This document shows, in pieces, positions 7,547 through 16,145 of a stretch of 20,000 nt of DNA. Location of the stretch: IMG/VR virus record IMGVR_UViG_3300010157_000035, positions 110,622 to 130,621 of that record. The stretch is one strand, 5' to 3'. How positions within the stretch are numbered: the stretch's first letter is position 1; every line of letters begins with the position of its first letter. Under the pieces are notes generated by a model that did not search any database, was not told the DNA's origin, and saw nothing but the letters and a program-made list of their open reading frames with translations. This DNA comes from an uncultured virus (IMG/VR IMGVR_UViG_3300010157_000035) (Duplodnaviria; Heunggongvirae; Uroviricota; Caudoviricetes). A program made the translations under genes and the position numbers.

Positions 7547-7547
7547 G

Positions 7548-8105
7548 TTAAATCACCAAGTGTTTAAAGTAATCAAAATGTCGTTCCAAGGTCCAAGTAG
7601 TTGGATCTACTGCTGTTCCGTCGTGTGTTTGATACGTAGCCTCAAATACATTAGTGTATCGACGAAACGGCAACCACATGTCTGGAGTCTTGCTGGCCCA
7701 TCCAGCATCTTTCAGTGCCATGTGTTTGGCACGACTTAAAACTACAGTAGGAGCATTAAGAGCTTGATCCACAGTGATACAGTCAGCTAACAACAGATCG
7801 CGAATACGGGCCGCTGGTATCAAGTGTTCAAAGTCACAGTCTTCATCGGCACCAATTTCGTGATAGTGTGCTTTCATACCATCACGTTGTTGAATACAGT
7901 ATTCGTGATATCTACGTAGGTTATCATCAATGTCGTTGCGTATTTCTCGTAACTCTTGCTGGTTATTTTCCACGCCGTGGTACTCTTCTACTAACCTAGT
8001 GAGATTTCTACGGCAACGAGCAGCTACTGTACGATATGTTTCAGGACTGCGTTGAGTCTTACCATAGATTGGTGCTGTGAATTGGTCCAAGGATTCTTTA
8101 AGCAT
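7548..8105 (-). CDS. Putative HNH-like nuclease (EHLIP motif)
   Basis: CDFEHLIPAARI...NAPTVVLSRAKH...RRY. Confidence 0.55.
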   Translation of the reverse strand: MLKESLDQFTAPIYGKTQRSPETYRTVAARCRRNLTRLVEEYHGVENNQQELREIRNDIDDNLRRYHEYCIQQRDGMKAHYHEIGADEDCDFEHLIPAARIRDLLLADCITVDQALNAPTVVLSRAKHMALKDAGWASKTPDMWLPFRRYTNVFEATYQTHDGTAVDPTTWTLERHFDYFKHLVI

Positions 8106-8562
8106 TTTCCGTTAATACCTGGTTAGATGTTTTAACAAAAGTTTCAAAGATTGAGTCAGACCAAGTGCTTTTAGCATTATTGGCCCAGTGTGTTAACAGT
8201 CTTACATTTCCTTTGACATACCCTCTGGTGTTGTCGATGCGATCAACACTAGCACGATATGGATTTTTATATTCTGGAGTGCCGCTGACATGATCCAACC
8301 ATTGGCCAGTTAATGAACATTTTCCATTTTGAGCAATCCATAATTCAGCCAGGTAAGGCAAATCCAAATTGCAGTCCCATTTAAATTTTTTTGCTCGTTT
8401 TTTAGAATTTGATAAGTTTTCACTTAATCCCATCACGACCTGATACCAGGCCGGAACTTTTTCAAACATGACTTTATAATTTGTGTCGTATGGATGTGTG
8501 GGCACCAACGACATTAACTTTTTTTTGTTGTTCAACAACTCAATAAATTTTTGCTCGTTCAT
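8098..8562 (-). CDS. HNH-like (beta-beta-alpha-Me) endonuclease
   Basis: QNGKCSLTG...SVDRIDNTRGYVKGNVRLLTHWANNAK; ATG 8562 with GAGGAG RBS. Confidence 0.8.
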   Translation of the reverse strand: MNEQKFIELLNNKKKLMSLVPTHPYDTNYKVMFEKVPAWYQVVMGLSENLSNSKKRAKKFKWDCNLDLPYLAELWIAQNGKCSLTGQWLDHVSGTPEYKNPYRASVDRIDNTRGYVKGNVRLLTHWANNAKSTWSDSIFETFVKTSNQVLTENA

Positions 8563-8563
8563 T

Positions 8564-9613
8564 TCAATTCTCCTCAGGAAACAAGCCAGGAGCCGTATTA
8601 CCATCTTCGATACCAACCTTGGCGCCAGCACCGTGGAATGGTAAGTTTAAATCGCCACCATTGCGTAGGTGCAATTCACGCAGGAAGTTACTCATGGCAG
8701 TTGGAGCGACCCAACCTGCGCCAGGGTGACTGTGCTCCCATTGAATCTTTGCTTTGGCATGCATCAAGTGACTGCTTCTAAACGTCTGCCTACAAGATTC
8801 TAATAGTGTTTTCATCCAGTCTGCGGGTAACTGAACTGTGCCAGCAGTGCCAGCCAGTCGTTGCAATTCATAGAGGCCAATAAAAACACCTTGATCAATT
8901 TCTTCTTGTAATGGATACACAGATTTAACAGCCGCAAGTATCTGACTCAAGATCCGACCAGTCTCGTCTAGCTCAATGCCTTTTTGTGCATACTTAAAGT
9001 GACTAAAGAAGTAGTCGTTGTCACCACGTAGGTTATCACTGGCACGGCTACCTTTGTCTTGCAGGTCAATACCGTTGTTGTCAAATTGATCTTGCATAGT
9101 TCTGGCACGAACGTTCTTGATATCACGACTGCCATTTTTGTAACGCACCAAAGCATTACGATGCAAGTCGCCGGGATTAAGACGCTTGACTCCAGTGTCG
9201 TTTAACATTTCAAACGCATACGAAGCAAAGTTTGGGTCATCAGTTTCTACTACAGCACAAGGAATTTCTGTATAGCCAAGGATGGCTGCGGCCAAGGTAC
9301 GATGTTGAGCATCATACAAATAGATATTACTGCCCTTAATACGGCATGCACTTCCTGGACTACAAATACGTGGATCCCATTTTTTCATAATGTTGATAAC
9401 ATGTTTATGAATAACGTCACGTTGGACTTCATAGTCAATCCAAAGATCTTCTATGGTAATCATGGTACTATGTGGGAATGTATGAACTAGAGCTTTTGCA
9501 CGAGCTCGCCAAGCCGCCAGATCTTTTTCTGTGACTTCGTAGTGTGCTTTGAGCTGTGATTCTACTTCTGCGACAACTTCCGTAAATTTACGGACAAGGC
9601 GTTTTGCGGCCAT
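8564..9613 (-). CDS. ParB/Srx-fold protein with DGQHR-like motif (DAQHR)
   Basis: IDYEVQRDV...YLYDAQHRTLAA...IPCAVV...FEMLN; ATG 9613 after AAGGA. Confidence 0.8.
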   Translation of the reverse strand: MAAKRLVRKFTEVVAEVESQLKAHYEVTEKDLAAWRARAKALVHTFPHSTMITIEDLWIDYEVQRDVIHKHVINIMKKWDPRICSPGSACRIKGSNIYLYDAQHRTLAAAILGYTEIPCAVVETDDPNFASYAFEMLNDTGVKRLNPGDLHRNALVRYKNGSRDIKNVRARTMQDQFDNNGIDLQDKGSRASDNLRGDNDYFFSHFKYAQKGIELDETGRILSQILAAVKSVYPLQEEIDQGVFIGLYELQRLAGTAGTVQLPADWMKTLLESCRQTFRSSHLMHAKAKIQWEHSHPGAGWVAPTAMSNFLRELHLRNGGDLNLPFHGAGAKVGIEDGNTAPGLFPEEN

Positions 9614-9677
9614 TTTACTTTTTCCTTCGTTACCCGACACAATGCGGGATTAGTTGATAAATTGTTACTACAGCACT

Positions 9678-9706
9678 AGTATAACATCATTATAACTTGG
9701 TGTCAA
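9678..9706 (-). promoter_or_regulatory. Class B promoter of the ParB operon (TTGACA-N17-TATACT, extended TG)
   Basis: -35 at 9701-9706, -10 at 9678-9683. Confidence 0.85.
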
Positions 9707-9714
9707 CCTGTAGG

Positions 9715-9909
9715 TTAGTGCCCACTAACCCTGCGAGATTCGTTTACCAATGGTTGAAATCGCTGGCTAAATGCATCCAACAGACATGAGTATTTTTGCC
9801 CGGTAGTGGCATTATTATAGTAAACCCACAGTTCCTTTTCAACCTGTCGAACTTCTTCTACTACAAATATCTTACCATCCGGTGATGTAAATCGTGTTGC
9901 CATTGTCAT
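9715..9909 (-). CDS. Small hypothetical protein
   Basis: GAGG RBS; adjacent to the FkbM stop. Confidence 0.7.
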   Translation of the reverse strand: MTMATRFTSPDGKIFVVEEVRQVEKELWVYYNNATTGQKYSCLLDAFSQRFQPLVNESRRVSGH

Positions 9910-9910
9910 A

Positions 9911-10660
9911 TTATACCTCTTTTAGTCCTGTTGTAGTGATGCTAACTAGTCGTTCTTTAGGAGCCGCCAGCATATTTTGATAATCAACCAAATAAAAAAC
10001 ATAGTCATCCAGTTCAGCCAAAGCCGTTTTAATTGGATCCGCTCCGGTGATAAAATATTCAACCCAAATCCACGGACGGTGTTGCTTTATGGTTGCAAGT
10101 GCGCCGGTTAGTGCTGGAACTTCGTAGCCTTCTACGTCCAGTTTAAAAAAATCCAGTCTGGCCAATGCCATAGCGTCAATACTGGTGATGTTTACCACAC
10201 GGTCGTTCATCCAACCATCTTCATCTACGGTAGTTTCATCTGTTAACGACACAGTACCAAAATCTTGCACTTCACTGTAATTGACCTCGGGCAGTTGGGC
10301 TATACCGGGTTCTGCACCAAGTCCGCAATTGTGCAGATACACATGGCGATATCCATTCAGTGCCAAACTGCCACCCAAGGCTTGGAATAATTGACGCTGT
10401 GGTTCAAAGCTAACGATCCTAGTGCCGCGGCCTTGTGTTCTATGGGCCACAGGCACAGTAAAGAATCCAACATTGGCTCCACCATCCACAATGACCGCAT
10501 CTGCAGGCAAGGTATCAATAATGGCAAAGATATTGGCCAGTTCTGACTCGATATGGGTACGTCCAGTTTTGACCAATGCTTCTGCTTGAAACAAACAGGT
10601 CCTAGCCACAATGAATCGACCATATACACTGTCTAACACTACAAAATTATCTACTGTCAC
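9911..10660 (-). CDS. FkbM-family SAM methyltransferase
   Basis: VDGGANVG, SFEPQ, DFFKLDVEGYE motifs. Confidence 0.92.
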   Translation of the reverse strand: MTVDNFVVLDSVYGRFIVARTCLFQAEALVKTGRTHIESELANIFAIIDTLPADAVIVDGGANVGFFTVPVAHRTQGRGTRIVSFEPQRQLFQALGGSLALNGYRHVYLHNCGLGAEPGIAQLPEVNYSEVQDFGTVSLTDETTVDEDGWMNDRVVNITSIDAMALARLDFFKLDVEGYEVPALTGALATIKQHRPWIWVEYFITGADPIKTALAELDDYVFYLVDYQNMLAAPKERLVSITTTGLKEV

Positions 10661-10661
10661 A

Positions 10662-10928
10662 TCAACTCCATTTCATTACAAATGCCAAGTAATCACGCTC
10701 GCTATCAAAATAGAAAATATATTCCCCGGGTCGATCGTTAGAACTCACAGTGACCAGTTGCCATCGCCATTGGTCTATCAATGATTTTTTGGACCAGTCC
10801 AGGATCTCTTCCAACACACCATAGTTTTTTTGAATTCTACAGGCATGATCAAAACTGTCTTTGTCCCGCATAAACTGCATGGGACTTTGTAACAACTGAT
10901 CAGCAGATTCAACTTGGACGTTAGGCAT
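10662..10928 (-). CDS. Small phage protein, F-x4-D-x3-F-x-[LM]-K family
   Basis: YIFYFDSERDYLAFVMKWS. Confidence 0.75.
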   Translation of the reverse strand: MPNVQVESADQLLQSPMQFMRDKDSFDHACRIQKNYGVLEEILDWSKKSLIDQWRWQLVTVSSNDRPGEYIFYFDSERDYLAFVMKWS

Positions 10929-11328
10929 GTGACTGCAAGGACTCGGTTAATAACTCGGTAGGCAATTGCCAAAGTGCATAACTTTCTGCAATGTCAGATA
11001 CATATCCTGCACCAGGCCGGCCTGATTTAGGACTGGTCATTTCATAAAAGAAAAATTCTACTCCATCTTGTGTCCAAGTGCGTTTGGTGTAGTAGTGCGG
11101 ATATCCTTCAAATGCATCCAGACTACGTTCGCAATCAGCAGTAATGTTCCATAAGACTCCGGCTACTTCTGCACCTCTGCATGGCTCAACGGTGGCGTGG
11201 TTGTAGAATTTCAATTGCCAATCCTGCAGAATAAAAGCACCATCGGCTTGAGCTTTAGGACAACGCCATGACATGGCTTCTGGATGCATGTTGGCACCAT
11301 AAGCAAAATATAAATTCTTTTCTAACAT
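10921..11328 (-). CDS. Gamma-glutamylcyclotransferase (AIG2-like)
   Basis: YFAYGANM, VAGVLW and LDAFEGYP motifs. Confidence 0.88.
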   Translation of the reverse strand: MLEKNLYFAYGANMHPEAMSWRCPKAQADGAFILQDWQLKFYNHATVEPCRGAEVAGVLWNITADCERSLDAFEGYPHYYTKRTWTQDGVEFFFYEMTSPKSGRPGAGYVSDIAESYALWQLPTELLTESLQSHA

Positions 11329-11540
11329 ACGACCTCGCTGAATTTCAATTTAAAAAGTAATGCATCTTGTTGGTCTCGAAAAATCCAATCCATTGAGTTG
11401 CCACCAATATCAGTTATGTATCTACCACCAGGCAAGCCGAACAGATCAATGGCGTCAATACAGATTTGATCCCACCTCAACATGTCATCTTTGTTGTCCA
11501 GGGCAACCGTGATTGAGTGGATATATTCAGGGTCGTGCAA
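11322..11540 (-). CDS. Small phage protein, F-x4-D-x3-F-x-[LM]-K family
   Basis: FGLPGGRY...WIFRDQQDALLFKLKF. Confidence 0.75.
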   Translation of the reverse strand: MHDPEYIHSITVALDNKDDMLRWDQICIDAIDLFGLPGGRYITDIGGNSMDWIFRDQQDALLFKLKFSEVVC

Positions 11541-11772
11541 TGTAGTGTTTCTTTATGTAAAGATCAGCTTTGGCTGGATCGTCGAAGGTATAAAACAGAA
11601 TATTATCAGTAATACCAAAGTGATTACAAAAACTTTGCCCGTATCTAATGCCGTACAAGGCATCAAAACTGAACTCCTGGCGCCATTGCTCGAATTGTTG
11701 TTGAGAGATAGATTTACGAATTTTACTATCTTGATCGGCAAAGGCCACTATCTGTTCAAAAGGGTTTGTCAT
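11527..11772 (-). CDS. Hypothetical protein (RYGQSFCN motif)
   Basis: Fits the operon tiling. Confidence 0.75.
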   Translation of the reverse strand: MTNPFEQIVAFADQDSKIRKSISQQQFEQWRQEFSFDALYGIRYGQSFCNHFGITDNILFYTFDDPAKADLYIKKHYIARP

Positions 11773-11775
11773 ACT

Positions 11776-12267
11776 CTATTTTAACACGCTTTCTCTATTT
11801 GTGTCAATCTCTAACCAAGTATGATCTCCTATATATTTGACCTGCGTCAGGTATTCATAATCTTCGGGTACACCGGTATTCCATTCTGTAGGACCGGTCA
11901 TGACCAAGAGAGTTCGTTCACGTCTCCGGTGCCATACCAACCAATACGAGTTGCCCATCACAACTTGAAACTGATATTCTGCGGCATGCACCCGGTCAGT
12001 GACTTCTAGTCTACGTCGAATATCTTCGGCTTGTTTTTGTAGCACTGCGACCAATTCCATAATACGATCATATTCCTGCTGGGCATACATCCTGGCATGA
12101 TTGATCATGAGATCTTTTTGTTTTTCTACCGGCACTAGATCAAATGCGGGTCCTAGGGTGCTGGTAGCGTAAGGCGTTATGTTTCGATTGAAAAAGGCAA
12201 CTAAAGTGTTGCCAGTAGAAATATCAAAACTGTCTCTGCCTTTGGCAATGTTGGATTCTTCTGTCAT
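11776..12267 (-). CDS. DUF2452-like protein
   Basis: TPYATSTLGPAF, a coiled coil and AEYQFQVVMGNSYWL; TGATG-coupled start at 12267. Confidence 0.6.
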   Translation of the reverse strand: MTEESNIAKGRDSFDISTGNTLVAFFNRNITPYATSTLGPAFDLVPVEKQKDLMINHARMYAQQEYDRIMELVAVLQKQAEDIRRRLEVTDRVHAAEYQFQVVMGNSYWLVWHRRRERTLLVMTGPTEWNTGVPEDYEYLTQVKYIGDHTWLEIDTNRESVLK

Positions 12268-12944
12268 CAGTCCCAAAGATTCTGGTAGTATTTTCCAAAC
12301 AGCACAAACCCATTTTTGATACGTTTCTGAACCTTTTCTATACCTTTGTAATCACATTGGTAAGTGTGATTAGGGCCGTCTTCCCATTTATACATGGTGG
12401 CCTTGCCGGTTTCGTCCCATGCACAAGCCACTGTTTTCTGATCAAACTCGCCCGAACGAAACTTCTCTTCCCACGAGTCATCTGTTTTACATTCGAACGC
12501 AAAAATCATTTCACCCAGCACCCAATCCCAACGTCGGAAGTGGTTGGCATCAGTATCCCACTCGTTTTCTTTGGCTGGTGCTTCTGTGCTACGCAAGCCT
12601 AAGCCTTTGGGCACATCTTTGTCATCCACATACGGAGCACCGTGTTTATCTTTATTCAACTGTCGAAGCATGGGCAGAACAATTTCAGCCAAAGTGTGAT
12701 CCATGCTCCAGGTATCCCACCGATCAATTTTGACATACGTGATTCGAGGATGCACAACGTCTAAAAACTTACGCACGGCAACGCAAATGGGATTTAAGAA
12801 GTTGACCCACTTGACATATCGGCCTTGGCCTGTATCTTCGTGGTCGTAAAATACACCCTCATCCTTTTCCCAAAAACAAACAGTTTTTAAGATGGTGTAT
12901 GGTGAGATCCAATGATCACGATATTTGCTAATGTAAACTTTCAT
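12267..12944 (-). CDS. Conserved T4-like phage hypothetical protein
   Basis: DRWDTWSMDHTLAEIVLPML...HGAP...FGKYYQNLWD; ATGA-coupled start at 12944. Confidence 0.8.
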   Translation of the reverse strand: MKVYISKYRDHWISPYTILKTVCFWEKDEGVFYDHEDTGQGRYVKWVNFLNPICVAVRKFLDVVHPRITYVKIDRWDTWSMDHTLAEIVLPMLRQLNKDKHGAPYVDDKDVPKGLGLRSTEAPAKENEWDTDANHFRRWDWVLGEMIFAFECKTDDSWEEKFRSGEFDQKTVACAWDETGKATMYKWEDGPNHTYQCDYKGIEKVQKRIKNGFVLFGKYYQNLWD

Positions 12945-13345
12945 TCTAATCCTTTTTCCTTTACACCATCTTTGTACCATTCGGTAAGAGGTTCATTGAA
13001 TATTTCTCGAATCTTTATCATCTGCCCATCCATGAACAAGGCCTTGTATTCTATCCAGGCATTGCTTTCCCATGATTTCTGCGGGGTTTCTAATGCATGC
13101 CGATAAAAACGTATTTCCCCATCAAACTCATTACAGCATATCCAATGCTGGTTTGACTGTTTTATATAGCCGCCCAACAATGCTGCATCATCCTCAACCC
13201 ACTCGGCATCGTATTCTTCATGCCATAGATACCAATACCCGTCATCCTGATTCTGTTCTATCTTGTAATTATCCAACAACTGAGCCGGAGTATCTTTTGT
13301 TTGATACTCCTCGCCTCGATAACGGATATTATCAAACATGCCCAT
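12941..13345 (-). CDS. Hypothetical protein (MGMFD...YQTKD)
   Basis: Recognisable N-terminus; fits tiling. Confidence 0.8.
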   Translation of the reverse strand: MGMFDNIRYRGEEYQTKDTPAQLLDNYKIEQNQDDGYWYLWHEEYDAEWVEDDAALLGGYIKQSNQHWICCNEFDGEIRFYRHALETPQKSWESNAWIEYKALFMDGQMIKIREIFNEPLTEWYKDGVKEKGLE

Positions 13346-13355
13346 AGTTCAACGA

Positions 13356-13559
13356 CTACCAGGTGCTTACATCAGTGATATCAATTGTGGTGTCAACATC
13401 TTTGTCGTTATCGTTGAACAGATTGAATGTAACTACCAGTCCTGTGCCAATGCCACTGGTGTGATCCACTTTGATCGTAAACCATTCTACTTCTTTAAAA
13501 TGAGTATATATCTCGGTTAACTTGCCCAGCTGTTTACGGTTAAGTGCCAATTCAGTCAT
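13356..13559 (-). CDS. Hypothetical protein (SGIG...DITDVSTW)
   Basis: TAATG-coupled start at 13559. Confidence 0.75.
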   Translation of the reverse strand: MTELALNRKQLGKLTEIYTHFKEVEWFTIKVDHTSGIGTGLVVTFNLFNDNDKDVDTTIDITDVSTW

Positions 13560-13741
13560 TACCAACTCCCATCATCAATCCAAACACTAACAGTTAAAAA
13601 AAGAAATCGAACATACCAGCCCTTTTCATTGGGTCCGGCCCACTCACCTCTAAACTCACGACCGGCGCCGCCCAAATAAGACCAGTGGAATGGATTTAGA
13701 TTCAATCTAACTGTGATGCCACTGTATCTTAGCCAGTTCAT
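13559..13741 (-). CDS. Hypothetical protein, 60 aa
   Basis: Coupled to neighbours on both sides. Confidence 0.7.
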   Translation of the reverse strand: MNWLRYSGITVRLNLNPFHWSYLGGAGREFRGEWAGPNEKGWYVRFLFLTVSVWIDDGSW

Positions 13742-14178
13742 CGATACTCCCGATCTAAACTAACGTTGGTCAAGCCAGCCACTGTTTGAAACTGATCCCA
13801 TGCACTTTTTGCCGCAGGATTACTTTCCAGTTCGCTACTAGGCAAAACAGTTTCTAACCAAATCTCTGGACGGCGAGCAGGTTTTACGCCAAACTTGCGT
13901 GGCTGATGTAGTCGACCAGTTTCCCAAAGTTCAATGCTGACACTACGGAAACGATCTTCATCGTGGTAGCCGGCCCATTCGGGATTGCTGTGGCTAAAAA
14001 ATCCACGGCTGTATGCATTGTCTGTGCCACCACCGTAGCCAATCCAAATACCTGACCATTGCTTGTCATCATGCGGATCGAAATCGGTACGAGTAATCAG
14101 CACTAGCACATCCGCAATGTCTACCTTGCCGTCCACAATGTCTCGAACGCATCGACTATAACTAAGTCCGATTTTCAT
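13738..14178 (-). CDS. Hypothetical protein (KIGLSYSRCVRDI...GRLHQPRKFG)
   Basis: TGATG-coupled start. Confidence 0.8.
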   Translation of the reverse strand: MKIGLSYSRCVRDIVDGKVDIADVLVLITRTDFDPHDDKQWSGIWIGYGGGTDNAYSRGFFSHSNPEWAGYHDEDRFRSVSIELWETGRLHQPRKFGVKPARRPEIWLETVLPSSELESNPAAKSAWDQFQTVAGLTNVSLDREYR

Positions 14179-14369
14179 CAATCAATCTCCATGGTTGTTT
14201 CATTGTCAAACGTAAAATACTCCGAAATTTCCAACAACACAGCATCAGCAATCTGTTCTTCAATGTAGGCCCGTGTGGGGGTTTCTGAATATTTATATGC
14301 ACGGTTCATACCGTATTTGACTCCGCGCTCGATACAATCTACCAACACTGTATATTCTTTTACTTTCAT
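14178..14369 (-). CDS. Hypothetical protein, 63 aa
   Basis: GGAGG RBS; ATGA overlap. Confidence 0.75.
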   Translation of the reverse strand: MKVKEYTVLVDCIERGVKYGMNRAYKYSETPTRAYIEEQIADAVLLEISEYFTFDNETTMEID

Positions 14370-15289
14370 TCGACCTCCAAATACTTTAGTTCAAAGTTGT
14401 TTGCACATGTTTCATAGCCAATGTATCCACGTGGGTTACACACCACTCGGGTCTCACCAATCCGGTAGTCACTGGCGTTGTGCATGTGACCATGCACCCA
14501 TAGTCGGATACGTGGACGATCTGCAATAAATTCATCCAGCTCACTGCGGAACGCACCATTCATCACTGTGTCGGCACGATAATACTCTGCTACACTGCGA
14601 CTGCTGGGTGCATGATGCCCGACCACAATGTAGTTGCCGGGATCCTGAACCACGGTATTGATATAGGCCAACATCTGCTGATGCTCTTCTACAGTATCTT
14701 CTGGGCTCCAGTTGGCCGGCTCTTCTTTGCGTTTATGCCCAATGACAATCATTTGACCTGCTTCATTTGTGAGATACCGCCCACCATTCTGGCCATCTTC
14801 AGTCCACAGTGGGTTGGGTTCGTAAAGTGGTACTTTACGTGCTATGGTCCGACGGCTGTTCACCACTCCACGGAAATCATTCATGGCCGTTTTGGTATGC
14901 ATCAAGGTTATCGGGTCCTCACGATTCATATCAGTCCACAAGGTACCACAGATAAAGGTATGATCCTGATGACGCCATGTTTCTTTTTCAAGAATATGCA
15001 AATTTCCAAAATCCAAATGCTCTCGAAGAATACTATAACTTTTAGCCGCGTCACCGTGATAGTGTTCATGGTTACCCAGGATGTAAACCACGTGCGGAAA
15101 TTCACTGCATGCCTGCTCAAAGAATTTACGATACTGTTGTGCCTGTTCTTGCTTGAAACCACGTGGACTAACAAAGTCGTCGGCCACACAGATATCTCCG
15201 GCCAGGATCAGCACATCAGCTGCTTGATCATTGGTTAGATCAATTGGACCAAATTCCAAATGAATATCAGACGCTAGAGCTATTTTCAT
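14366..15289 (-). CDS. Calcineurin-like metallophosphoesterase
   Basis: SDIHLE, AGDI, GNHE, HHAP and HGHMH motifs. Confidence 0.93.
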   Translation of the reverse strand: MKIALASDIHLEFGPIDLTNDQAADVLILAGDICVADDFVSPRGFKQEQAQQYRKFFEQACSEFPHVVYILGNHEHYHGDAAKSYSILREHLDFGNLHILEKETWRHQDHTFICGTLWTDMNREDPITLMHTKTAMNDFRGVVNSRRTIARKVPLYEPNPLWTEDGQNGGRYLTNEAGQMIVIGHKRKEEPANWSPEDTVEEHQQMLAYINTVVQDPGNYIVVGHHAPSSRSVAEYYRADTVMNGAFRSELDEFIADRPRIRLWVHGHMHNASDYRIGETRVVCNPRGYIGYETCANNFELKYLEVE

Positions 15290-15626
15290 TGATTTCTAAT
15301 TCTGCTTTGAACTGTGCTACGATTACAGGATCGCCGGCTACCAAGTAGGCCGCTTTGCCCGGAAAACGAGTTTGCAAGGTTTCGCGGATTTCGGTTGCTG
15401 TTTTTCCTTGACAAACAAACTGTTTATCTTTGTTATTGTAGCAGAAATACACGCCCTTGTCAACTTCAATTTCCAATTCAATGGCAGACTTTTCTGTGAT
15501 TGCCTGATCGATTATGTGATCGATTTGACTTCTAAGAATTTGAAATTGGTACCATGCATACAGCAAGACCAGGCCAATTCCGATTACAACGCCCAGTAAC
15601 ACATTTAAAACGTCATCAAATTCCAT
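15267..15626 (-). CDS. Membrane-anchored hypothetical protein
   Basis: N-terminal transmembrane helix VLLGVVIGIGLVLLYAW. Confidence 0.75.
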   Translation of the reverse strand: MEFDDVLNVLLGVVIGIGLVLLYAWYQFQILRSQIDHIIDQAITEKSAIELEIEVDKGVYFCYNNKDKQFVCQGKTATEIRETLQTRFPGKAAYLVAGDPVIVAQFKAELEINENSSSV

Positions 15627-16143
15627 TTGTCAATCCTTTGTTCTTTACACCTTCTTTATACCATTCAGTCAAGGGCTCCGGGTCGTCCCATTCAACATAG
15701 CCCCACGTCTCTGCTGCCAGTTCTCGATAGCGTTCTTGATCTGAGTTTGCATCAACGTCATCTGAGTCTAGGTATTCGCCATCGTATGTGGTGGTTCCTA
15801 TAAAACCCACACCAGACTCCCAATAGTCCAATTTAAACTGCACCCGTCCATCACCAGCGGCCCAGGTATGAAACGCTTCAATAGGTGGTGCCCAGGCTGT
15901 AGAAAACTCAAATGAGATTGAATCTTCCTCTGTGTCATCAAGGATACCAACATCACAAATGTCCCACTTGGTTCCCCAGTTATTTACATTCCACTGGTAC
16001 CAATCTTGATCGCCTTCAAATCGAGGCTGTGGCACCATCCAAGCCAACAATTCAGGATCATTCTGGGCCAGGCGCTGTTTGATTTCAGCGATCACCGGCG
16101 CTGGACCTGTAATAACGGCACGATTTGAACACCAATTGGGCAT
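15616..16143 (-). CDS. YubB/Api92-like ferredoxin-fold protein
   Basis: MPNWCxN...WYxWNVNNWGTKWD...FSTAWAPP. Confidence 0.75.
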   Translation of the reverse strand: MPNWCSNRAVITGPAPVIAEIKQRLAQNDPELLAWMVPQPRFEGDQDWYQWNVNNWGTKWDICDVGILDDTEEDSISFEFSTAWAPPIEAFHTWAAGDGRVQFKLDYWESGVGFIGTTTYDGEYLDSDDVDANSDQERYRELAAETWGYVEWDDPEPLTEWYKEGVKNKGLTNGI

Positions 16144-16145
16144 AG

